Positions 28,128-41,200 of a DNA stretch of 64,000 bases are shown here, piece by piece. The translations under genes were made by a program, and so were the position numbers. The stretch's first letter is position 1. Each line of letters starts with the position of its first letter. The stretch spans positions 25,668,001 through 25,732,000 of the forward strand of contig NC_045716.1 of NCBI RefSeq assembly GCF_009834535.1. Reading direction: 5' to 3'. Origin of the DNA: Camelus ferus. Its lineage: Eukaryota. The notes beneath the pieces were generated by a model. That model was not told where the DNA came from and searched no databases. It worked only from the letters and a program-made list of their open reading frames with translations.

Positions 28128-30449
28128 TTTTTGTCTAGTAAGCCAGACTGACTCTTTCTTGAGACTTATGTATCAGAGGATACTTTCTCTTACATATATA
28201 CACTTAAAAAGAACTCCTATGAGTATTTTTGGGGTGGTAGAAATAAGGTTGTACTACCAGGGGAGGGTATTCCGTTTCCCCTTCTCCAGACATTTGAGGA
28301 GCTTGGATTTTGTCCTTGGCACTTTCTCCTCAAGCTCTCCCCACTTCTGCTGGCAATCTCACCCACAAAGGTGGCTTAAACGCTATCATACACACAATTC
28401 TCAAACCTATTTCTTCCATCCCAACCTGTTTTGAGCTTTTCTGTTTTTCTCCTGAGCTCTTACATCTATATTTCCACACACTGAACATTACCACCCGGAT
28501 GACACAAGCTCTTTGAACTTACATAACTAAAATAAAATCCTTTTCTCCATACATGCTCCTCTTTGACTCCCCAGATCTGTTATTGAAATTATCTGCCCAG
28601 TTATCTAAGCTAGAACCTCAGATTCATCCTCAATTCTCCCCTAATATCATCTAATCAGTCACTTACTGTTGAGTTTACCTCCTATATAAACTTCCTAACC
28701 TGCTTTGTCCATATCTACTCTCTTAGTTCAGTCCTTTTTCACCTCTGAGCTGGACCACAGCAGTCTTTTCCTAACTAGTCTCTACCTTCATTCTTAACAT
28801 CCTCCACACTCCTATCAGATTTCTTTCTAAAATACTTATAGCTGTACCAATCCCTTGCTTAAACCATCACTTAGCTATCTTTACCTTTGGCAGCACTTCC
28901 CAAAGGTTTATATGTGAACCCTTGGTGTTACCTGAGATGACTTTAGGTGGTAGATGGGGAAACATTTTTATTTTTACTAGTTATGTTTTAATCTGAGTTT
29001 GTAATAGAAAAAATTTTTTTTCCATTTATGGCAGTGATATTTAAACTTAGTGTAAACTTTTTAAAATGCCAGTCTATTTAAGGAAAAATAAGAACCAAAA
29101 ATAGTGTGGGGGCTATTTGCAAACATTAAAAATTATGAGTACTAAAATATTGAACTAGAAACATTTCTTGCCTACAGGGTAAGTTCCAAAATCCTTAGCA
29201 TGGCATACAGTTTGACCATAAACTATACTTCCAGCTTTATTTCCTAGTTATAGAGCATCAGGAATACAGAGTTTCTTGCCATTCTGACAATAAACAATAA
29301 ACAAGTCAAAATAGACAATAAACAAGTCAGAAAGTAAGCAAGGTAATTAAAGCTTTGAGTTTAAATCCTGTGAAGGAAATAAGAGTGAAGACCCCAAGAG
29401 CTGGAGTGAGAGGATCAGGGACAGAGATTTGCAAAAGTCCTTAGATGGGAAGGAGTACAACATAGCTGAGAGAAAGTATAGGGAGAGTTTAATGGGTGAG
29501 AGGGAAGAATGGTGGTGGAAGAGGTGGGAGAGAGGCAGAGCAGGCTGTGTGAGCCTGAACTTTTTCATTCTAAGTGCAAAAGTAAGTCAAGGGAGGATTT
29601 TCAGTAGAGATGTAACCAACTCATTTTTCCAAAGACCACAGTACCTACTGCAGAGAACAGATTTATCTAAGTCTCAGTACAACTGCTTTCCCTGTAAAAC
29701 TACCCAACCTTAAAGTCCTAGTTCAAATGGAGGGCCCCCCTTACATGCACTCTCCTTACTTCCAGTCCTATTAGAAATTTTCTTTGTTCCGCCATAGAAC
29801 TTTGTGCTATGGCAATGATCACTTTCCTAATGTAATTATAAAGTGACTGTTGACAACACAGGAATTTCCCCGTTCTGCCAGCACCTCTTAAAATATTAGA
29901 CACACATATCGACATTCATAACTGTTTGACTTTAACATTAATAAATAAACCCACAGTCCACTATTGTTTAAGGTCTATGTAGATTCCAGAATGTGGGGGC
30001 AACATGGGTTTTGCCTCAACTCCTAGGTTTTTAAATGTTAAATATTTGTACCATCCTCAGAGAAGCTAAAGCTCCTATTTTGTTCAAAGCCGTGATTTTT
30101 CTTTTTTAATTTCCGTAAGTGGAGGAAAGAATTTGAGTGAGTTTTCTTTTTCTTTAAGGTTGATATTTGTCTCCCCAATCTTATTTTACCGGACAACCAG
30201 GTCTGCTAGGGTTTTTTTAGGAGAGAAAATTCGTGCTGCAGTACGTTCCAGAAGCAGCTTTTTGAGGCAGAACTGCTGACTGAACTACATTTTTTTTTTT
30301 TTTTTAATGCTTCCATCATAGATCAGGCTGCTCCTCGGCACAGTATAGGTCTGGAAGTTTCTAGAGAAAAAATCTCTCTTCAACTTCCATTCCCTAGTAT
30401 GGAGTGAAAGGAGACGCGAAGCAAGCCTTTAACAAAAAAAAAACCAGGC

Positions 30450-32254
<1,805 letters not shown>

Positions 32255-32395
32255 CCCATCTTCTGTTGTTCTGGTGTTCTCTCCAGAGGTTCCATTTGAC
32301 CATGCAGCTTTGGGAAAATAGGGCTGGGGTGGAACTCACTGTGTTTTATATTTAATCTCTTACCCTTTTCTGCTTAGTGTTTCTTTTGAGTTATG

Positions 32396-32401
32396 AATAA
32401 A
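32396..32401 (+). terminator. Proximal RBM8A polyadenylation signal
   Basis: AATAAA about 140 nt after the stop, with a T-rich downstream element. Confidence 0.7.
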
Positions 32402-32698
32402 TGTCCCATTTTTGTTTTCTACATTTAAAATTACTTTCCTGTTCTGACATTGCAAGCTCTGAAGCACTATTTACAGTAAGGTAGTGTGGGTCACTGTGAA
32501 GATACTTCTCCCAGGGACTGAATTCTGTGTGAGTTTCTACAGTAGACATAGTCTCAAGTCTCAGCTGGGGTCAAAGTAGAGACTGCTCAGTATTTCTTTT
32601 TCTTGGAAGCTAAGAGAGCAGGGTAGAAGTCAGATATTCTTGTGATACTAAAGAATAATTATTCTGTTCCTGTGTACTCTGTCCTGAGCAAATGGATG

Positions 32699-35600
32699 TT
32701 ATAGAAATGTCTCTTTTGTTTCTCCTGCCTCTTTTGCTGCCACATTTGCTTGTATTTCCATCTGTCTAAGGGCTTGAATCTCCTGCGGGGGCTTTCTTCC
32801 AGATCCTCCTTCTCTGGAGGAGTCTATACTAAGTTCTTGATGCCCTCTTCGGCAGCCAAGGGTGAAGGCCCCATAGAGGAGAGGATCCAGAGGAGCATTG
32901 AGGAGGCCAAAGAGGAAAAGGATGTGGCTGAGGCTGGGAGGCACTTCATTTAGCATGGTGGGAGAGAACCAGTACCAGAGACCTAGCAGGTAATAAGGTG
33001 TCCAGCAGAGGATGAAGGTCAGCAGGACAAGCAGGGCCAGTCGCAGGGCCCGAAGACGAACACGGGGATGATTGTCTAAGGAGCGGCGGAGGGCAAATTC
33101 ACCGGCAGAGGCTGGGAATTTAGAAAACACACTCAAATTCAGAACCACTCAGCTCCTGAGTTGATGAATGGGCATAAATAGAGCTCTCCCCCTCTACAAG
33201 GAAGAAAATGCTGCATGCCGCCTTTCCCTTCCCAGCCTAGGACGATACACTCTCCTCCCCCCAGGGATTATGATAGACATGCTGGGAAAAAAAAGGTTTC
33301 GATTAAGATGCTGTGTTACATGAAGCTGCCAAGTCTATTTGAAGACGTGCTGGTGTCTAACAGAGGAGAATACTGATCCCTTTTCTCCTTATTCTTGCCC
33401 AGCTAACTCAACTTCAGAGAATGAAGTTAGAATTGAAGGCATTCAATAACATTATGTGTAGCATCAGGTGCTAGAGATATGGGTGGTATTTCACTTTTGG
33501 TTTGATAGATCACTATCAAATAAATGAGGTTAGAAGCAGTAGGGTATGGGTTAGGGCCTGGGGTCTGGGGTCTCACCATGGTTCCCCTTTCTTGTNNNNN
33601 NNNNNNNNNNNNNNNNNNNNNNNNNNNNNNNNNNNNNNNNNNNNNNNNNNNNNNNNNNNNNNNNNNNNNNNNNNNNNNNNNNNNNNNNNNNNNNNNNNNN
33701 NNNNNNNNNNNNNNNNNNNNNNNNNNNNNNNNNNNNNNNNNNNNNNNNNNNNNNNNNNNCTCGGCGGACAGTATGGAACAGGAATAGCTAGAATGGAGTT
33801 GGGGACTGTTAGAGCTGGTTCCCCTTACCCTCCCCACCAGCCTACCCACCAGTTCAGCAGTATCTCCTTCCAGTTCATTCTTAATTCTCTGCAGTGCCGA
33901 GTAATTGTACATCCATGGTGCCATATTTAAAAGTGTAGAAATGTATCTCGAAAATCCCTCTTCCCCTTAGGCTATGTTTGTTAAATCCGGAATTTAAAGA
34001 ATCCTGTCTTCTCAAGGGGTGGGTACAGCTCAGAGGTAGCACATATGCTTACCATGCACGAGGTCCTGGGTTCAATCCCCAGTACCTACATTTAGAACAA
34101 AAAGGAAAAAAAAACCTTGCCCTTTCAAATACTATTCTAACATTGAACTTCATAAAAGGGTATCTACCACCTCACCAACCTTTTGAGCTGAAATGATTTT
34201 CATGATGTGTGTGATTGATTCTGTGAAAACAAGAAATCTTGTATAAAACAGGTGCTGCTAAAGTTTCAGGCCATTTTGCAGCCACTCTGTAAAGTGACCT
34301 TTAGTAATAGTCATATGTACAGTAACTATGATGGTGAAACAATGTTAAATAAAATCTAACATTTTCCAAATGCTGTTGGCTGCCCCTTCCCCTTTTTGGC
34401 AAACTGCTGGGGTTTTGCTTTGAGTCAGTAGGGAGTATTTTTCAGTTGAGAGCTTCAGGTTGACTACCTCAGTTCAGGTAAGGTGGACTGAGTCACTATT
34501 AGTTTGATAGAAGGCAAGCTTTGTAGGTATCAGATTCTTAGATATAAGTCATTTTGGAAAGTGATTTCAGCAAACATGAGGGACTTTTAGGAAAGGTAAA
34601 TAGTATCAGCCACAGACATGCAATTAAATGAACTGCTTGGACTTAGGATCAGGCGATTCTAAGTCAGTTGGGGAGTGGTTTTTCCTCTTCCCCTATCTTG
34701 AGTCCATATATTTTGAGGGTTTTGTTTTGGTGGGGTGGGGGGGGGCGGGTTATAGTACACCTAGAAATACTTGACACCTTGTGAGAAGGAGTTTAAAATA
34801 GGCAGGGCTCCTGGACTCACATTTTGGTCCATGGCCCCACTTCTGCCTCTTCTTTTCTTATCTGATACGCAATTTACCATCGACTGTGGAAACCTTTTCA
34901 GCTACTTCTGATAACTTGGAAACTCGAGTCTATAAAAATAGTTTCTAACTACAACAATGTTCCCTTCACCACACTAACAAAAAAGTTTTTTTTTACTGAC
35001 ACTAATATTTTAAGTGCAACATAAGGGCAGTGCAGAATTTACATAGGAGGATGCTAATGTGGAACCCAAAATAGCACCTTTTGAACCTCAATCATGATGT
35101 TACCAGGTTGCTGTTGAAGCAAATGGAGGTTGCACTATTGTCAGGTTTTCAGACTGCAAGAAAGGATGAAATTCATTTGCTATTCCATTATCTTGTGGCC
35201 TATATATTTCAAGGGATTTAGCCAGTCATATAGCTAGTTGTGGTAGAGCCTAGACTCAAAAAGCAAAAGTAAAACAAGCAAACGTCAAAAACAGGCTTCT
35301 TCCTAACTCCCAGCTCACATCTAAAATTCGCTTCATATAAATTCAACTGTAACTCCTTTTGCATGGAGGCAACAGGCTGCTTTTTAAAACTTGGGGTAGC
35401 AGAGGTCCTGTTTGCAACATACTGTTGGAAGCAATACTTCCTACTTTAGAACTACGGTCAGACTAACTGATAGTTAATTTAAAATATTTAAGGATTTAAG
35501 GGTCAAATCTTAAATCTGGCTCTAGAATGTATTATTCCAGAGGCTGAAATTATAGACTCCGTCCTGACATAACCCTAATCCTTGTCTCAGAGATGCTGCT

Positions 35601-37064
35601 TTACTCCCTCCTCCCAGATAGTGGTAGTGGTTTTGGTTTTGAAAGACTTGCTTTTTTCTAGATTTCTAGTTCATTTTCAGTATTGAGATTTGATTAACTG
35701 GTCCTCAAGTTCAGATGCTCCCCCTTTCCCCCGGTTCTGACACCCACCATAAAGTTAGAGTAAAAAATGGCAAATCTAATTGTCACTCTCTACCTTTTAC
35801 TTTAGAGTCTCCACTGCCCTCAGGATAAACTACAAGCCTAATATTTGTGATCTGGTTCTTCATTCCCCCCAGGGCTCATTATTCACCATTCTCTAGCCCT
35901 CATCTTGAGCTGCAACCACTGTGAGATTGTCTACCCTCTACCCTCCCCAGCAGTCCTGCTTTAACTTGTCTGACTTCCAAGAATCAACTTTTAACGTCTC
36001 TGGGAAGTCAGGAAGCTTTCCCTAACTGTCCAAGAGTGGGTCAGACATCTCCGTTGTTCTTTAGCTCCTTATGCTTAGATTAACGCTCGACTACACACTG
36101 TGTTCTAATTGCATATTAATTTGACTCTGCACTAGTTTAAAAATTTCTTGGAGGCAAGACTTTGTCGCTCTATCCTTGATAGAACTTTTGATTGTACCTA
36201 GGGGATGCACATTATTTTTTGGATTGATGAATGAATGTACCACAAAGTTTTGTCCAAAGTCACTGACTTAACTGTCTTCTTCCCATATATGTTTCCTCCC
36301 TGCCCTAGAGTTCTGCATCTGAAAAAGGTTGGGAGGGAGGATGCAAAAAGGTGGAAGTCAAGTGTAGTAAAATCAAAGGCTCTTTACAAAAATACAAATT
36401 AACACTCGATGATGGTAACTTGCAAAAGAGATAGCAGAGGCTCCCCCGCTGAGGATTAATGGTGACCGCGGCCACGCACACCCCTTGAAACCGAAGGCTC
36501 ATGTTGTATACCCAAATTCTTGTTGAGTCTAGCCGTAAGTGCCGGCAAGTCACTCACCTGGGGCAAGGCAAGCAGGAAACTAAGTCCCCAGGCTGCCCCC
36601 AGAAGTTTCCCTCCAGTTGAGCGGGGTCCAAGCGGGTGGAGTACGGCTGCCTGGCGGTCGAGCCCAATGACCACAGGCAGGAAAGCTGCGGCATACATAG
36701 CCATTAGTTTCAGGAACATGAGTGTCCGACATGCGATATCCCCGGCCAGCCACTGAACAGTGATATTCCAGGTGGCATCTAGAGGCATAACCACAAAAGT
36801 GACCAGTAAGTCGGCAGCTGCTAAATGAGCAAAGAGTCGTCGTACCGGAGAGGGGCGGAGCTGGCTAGGTTGCGGCCGTGTCACTGACCACAGCACAGCC
36901 AGGTTCCCTCCAGCCGAAGAAATAAACAGCACAACGGTCACTCCCACTCGGACCTTGGCTGCAACTGAGAAGGTGGGCAGCTCTGAGCCCTCCACTTCTA
37001 CTCCTGACCCCGCCCAGACCTCCCCTGCTGCTGACCCCGAAGGGGTGCCGTTTCCTGCAGACAT
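32699..37064 (-). CDS. GNRHR2: Type II gonadotropin-releasing hormone receptor (class A GPCR), apparently intact, 376 aa. Coding exons 37064-36558 (507 nt), 33787-33577 (211 nt, 164 nt of it N) and 33111-32699 (413 nt)
   Basis: Exon 1: MSAGNGTP...AADLLVTFVVMPLDATWNITVQW...FLKLMAMY...GLDRQAAV...LALPQ|GTGAGT. Exon 2: TAG|LFLFHTVRR...TRKGNH|GTGAGA. Exon 3: CAG|ASAGEFALRRS...FILCWTPYY...EVPPSLSHIL...NAPLDPLLY plus a cytoplasmic tail. Total 1131 nt, divisible by 3. Confidence 0.9.
34016..34114 (+). mobile_element. tRNA-derived SINE
   Basis: GGGTACAGCTCAGAGGTAG...CATGCACGAGGTCCTGGGTTCAATCCCCAGTACC plus an A-rich tail. Confidence 0.8.
34348..34353 (+). terminator. Candidate distal RBM8A polyadenylation signal
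   Basis: AATAAA at the end of 3'-UTR-like sequence; a further AATAAA at 33519-33524. Confidence 0.4.
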
Positions 37065-37249
37065 GGTGACCTGGAAAGGCAAGGGGTGAGGGGATAAAGT
37101 GTGGGTTTGAAGAGATTAGCTGCGTCCGCTGATTGTTCTCCCTCCCTTTTAGGATCTGAAGTTGGTTATTTGGCGAATTTCGTCCACTAAAGCGTCTGTC
37201 TCTGGAGACTCCATCCGTATTCTGGAAGTCACCTGTCCAACTGTCAGGG

Positions 37250-38200
37250 TCCTGCAGGGAACAGGAATCCGGTGTAGGCTTCTGCTTCCATTGACTTCTT
37301 TAGCGCCCAGAGTCCTGGATTCGTCTGGAGCGTGCGAGTGAGTCAGTGTGTGAACTGACTGGGGTGTTCTGTTGAACGCGCTCCACGGGTGGAGGGAACG
37401 CTATCCTAGCGGCCCCGGCGAGAGCACTGCGGCACCTTCTGGCCCCGCCCGCATCCTGCAAGCCCCGCCCTTGGTCCAGACTATTTAAAGGAAAATGTGC
37501 CTCCGCAGGCGGGCTTAAGAAATAGAGATCATCTGACAAAAGGACGCGCTGATGGAGACGCGCGCAAAAACACGCAGGTGTAGGCCCAGAGACAAGTGCT
37601 GCTCGTTCTGAAATGCCGCTTCAGGGGCCGGCTGCAGGCGCTTTCTTTCCTGATGATGTTTGTCCCTCGCGCGGCACCGTCGGGTCGTCCGGGAGGCGTG
37701 ACTAGGGGCGGGAAGTGGGGCGGGAGCAGATCTGCGGAGCCGGGGCCGCCGCTGTCATGGACGCCTGGGTCCGCTTCAGCGCTCAGAGCCAGGCCCGGGA
37801 GCGGCTGTGTAGGTGCGGCCCGAAGAGGAGTTGGGGGAGGGCGGGCAGGGGAAGAGCCTCGTGAGGCGAGGTCAGGTTCCCACTACGGGGGTCAAAAAGG
37901 GTCAACTCAGGGTACGGGGTCCCGGACGGAACGCGAGGCTCTCTGTTGAGCCGGCTATGAGGCCATGATTCGTTTCTGCCCGCGGGAAAGATGGGAAAAC
38001 TGAGGCACGAGTGGGCCAGCGGGGAGGTCGCTCAGGGTTGCGTGTTGACATGAGACCGACAGTTTCCTCACTGGGCGCCGGTGGGACGAGGAGCGTTCGC
38101 CCCGTGGCGGATAGCGACCTGGACTCTGTCCCCAGGGCTGACGAGGCGCTCCGAAGTTTCCCTGTCCCCTCAGCCTTCTGTCACCCGCGAACTCCTCTGT
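37250..38200. promoter_or_regulatory. CpG island / shared divergent promoter region of GNRHR2 and PEX11B
   Basis: CpG-rich; GC boxes at 37441-37470 and about 37705-37722; TATA-like TATTTAAA at 37482-37489; the two ATGs are about 690 nt apart. Confidence 0.7.
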
Positions 38201-41200
38201 CTCCCCGCCCTGGCTTTTAGTCTCGATTCATCTCAAGGGCCTTGAAAATCTTAGTCCACCTATTCTGAAGAATAATCTGCCCTCCAGCTATCCCCCACTC
38301 CCTCACATATCACAAAGATGCTCACACTGATGTGCTTGTGATGGACCCCCTGCCGCCTTCATTATCCCCTTCAGTCCTCGTCATTGTCAAATCTCTCGTT
38401 TCCTCAGTTCTAGAGAGTGCTCCCCACCCCCTTCTAGGCTCCTTTTTTTTTAATCCTTACGTCTTTCTCTTCCCCTGGCCTGGAGGAGAAACGGTGAGAT
38501 GTGGGCATGAAGAGGAGGAGAGGGAAATGTCTCAAACGGGGAAAAGGAGGGGTCCAGGGAGGACTCGCCTTTTGGAGGACACTTTTGAGAGGGAGGTTAG
38601 GGAGGCCTCCACCTTACCTTACCTGTCCTCTCTCTCCTCCAGGGCTGCCCAGTATGCTTGCTCCCTTCTTGGCCATGCTCTACAGAAACATGGGGCCAGT
38701 CCTGAGTTACAGAAACAGATTCGACAACTGGAGGGCCATCTGAGCCTAGGAAGAAAGCGTAAGTAACTGTGCCTTTCCTTTTATTAATCCAACACTTCCT
38801 CCATCCCCAGCTTTTCTTCCTTAGCCCCTCCGTCCTGTTTTTGACCTTCTCTGCCGGTTCTTCTCCCTCATTTCCTCTGCACTTACTCTCTGCATGCCTC
38901 CTGACCGGGACAAGAGAGCAGGGGTAAGAGTAATGAAGGATTAGAAAGAATGGGGCAAATTTGAGAAAACTAACCTGGGACACAAATTGACTAAATCTTG
39001 AAGTAAAATAGAATGAACTCTTTCTGCACTTAAAATTGTTTGTTATTGTTTTTTATCACTTGCTCGACTTTCACCCTCTTGCGCTCTCTCTTTCTCTGTG
39101 TCTTGCTCTCTATTTGCCTCTCTGCTTTCCCAAATCCTTGCTTTTCTTTGCTAACCTCCGCAAGTCCTACGCCTCGGTAACTCGGCAGATGCCCTTGAGT
39201 CAGCCAAACGAGNNNNNNNNNNNNNNNNNNNNNNNNNNNNNNNNNNNNNNNNNNNNNNNNNNNNNNNNNNNNNNNNNNNNNNNNNNNNNNNNNNNNNNNN
39301 NNNNNNNNNNNNNNNNNNNNNNNNNNNNNNNNNNNNNNNNNNNNNNNNNNNNNNNNNNNNNNNNNNNNNNNNNNNNNNNNNNNNNNNNNNNNCCTTTTGT
39401 ATTCTCCATACTGCATAGCTGGCCTTTTATGAAAGAACAGTCTCTCAGGGGCTTCTCTGAGAATATACACATCTTAATCACTTGGCTTCCAATCTTCATT
39501 TAGATCTTAAACTATCAGAGAATAATGAATAGGGGAAGATGGAAGACAGATGCTCTTCCATGATGAATGACTAAGATCGGGCAAGATTAGATATTAATTC
39601 TATTTCTTTAATTCTGCGTCTGTCTGTACCACAGGTTATGCCCCTCATTGCCTGCTCATTCATTCATTCTAAAAATATTTAGTAGGTTCTTGCTGTGAGC
39701 CAGGGAATACAGCAAAGGGCCAAACAGTTATGGTTCCTGCTCTCATGAAGCTTCTAGTCTAGTGGAGGAGTCAGGGATTAAGACAAATAATCACCAAACC
39801 AAATATTTGTGGGGAAGTACACGATGTTATGAGATATATAACACGGGGAACTAATTTAGATTGAAAAGTCAAGGAAGAATTCTTTGAGAAAATTAAATTT
39901 GTTTCAGACTTGAAGTCTGAGTAGAAGTTATACAAAGCAAACAGTAGCAGAGAAGATCTTCCCAAACAGAAAATAGCACACTTTGAGGACTGAGCCAAGA
40001 AAGACTTCATGGAATTAGAGAAATAGAAAGAAAACCAGTGTGATGGACTTAAGGCTAAAAGTTCAAACTGGAGAGGCAGACAGGGTCCAGGTCATTCATG
40101 CAAAGCCTTGTAGGCAATGGTAAGGGTTTTTTTTTTTTTGTTTAAATTTTATCCTAAGTACAGTGGGTTCTGAGCAGAGATGTGACATAATTCAAATTGT
40201 GTTCAAAAAAGATCTCTCATGCTGTAGTGTGGAAAATGGATTGCTGTAGGGCAAAAGAGGAGGAGATGCCCTAATGTGGTCAAGAGATGATGTTGGCTTG
40301 GACTGAGGAGCAGGCTGGTGATGAAAGTGGAAAGAATCATGATTTGGGAGTTAAATGATCTGTATACATATCATCTGTATTGGTTTTTTGTTCTCCAATG
40401 ATTCTTTGTCATTTTACATTAGCATCTTTCCTTCTACATTTATGTCTTGCTTTTCTCTTCATCTTTATCATTTATATTTATAACATGGCTTAGGATGTAT
40501 GAGGGGTGGGAGTGGAGGCATGGCTGGAGTGGTATGGAGAAACAACTCCCCAGAAGGGTTTATATGCCATGTTTATTCATTTTATTCAATAAATATTTAT
40601 AGAGCTCTTAGTATGTGCCGAGCACTGGTCTAGACACAGTGCTAAAGACAAACAAGATCCCTGCTCCAGTGGTGCTTACATTGTAACAGTAAGAGCAAAG
40701 AAACAATAAATGAGAAAAATGACAGAGAGTGGTAAATGCAATACAGGAAGTTAAAATAAGGTCATGTGGTAGACAGTAAATGGCTCGCTACTTTAGAATT
40801 GGGAGGTCGGAGAATACATCCCTAAAGAGATAATATTTATTTATTTATTTATTTATTTTAATTGAAATATAGTTGATTTACAATGTTGTGTTAGTTTCTG
40901 GTGTATAGCAAAGTGATTCAGAGATATATATATAAATTTTTTTCTTTTTCATGTTCTTTTCCATTATGGTATATTACAAGATATTGAATATAGTTCCCTG
41001 TGCTATACAGTAGGACCTCGTTGTTTATTTTATATACAGTAGTTTATATCTGCTAATCTCATACTCCTAATATGGCCCTCCCCCACACCCCTCTCCTTTG
41101 GTAACTATCAGTTTGTTTTCTGTGAATCTATTTCTGTTTTGTAAATAAGTTCATTTGTGTCATATTTTAGATCCCACATATAAGTGATATCATATGATAC

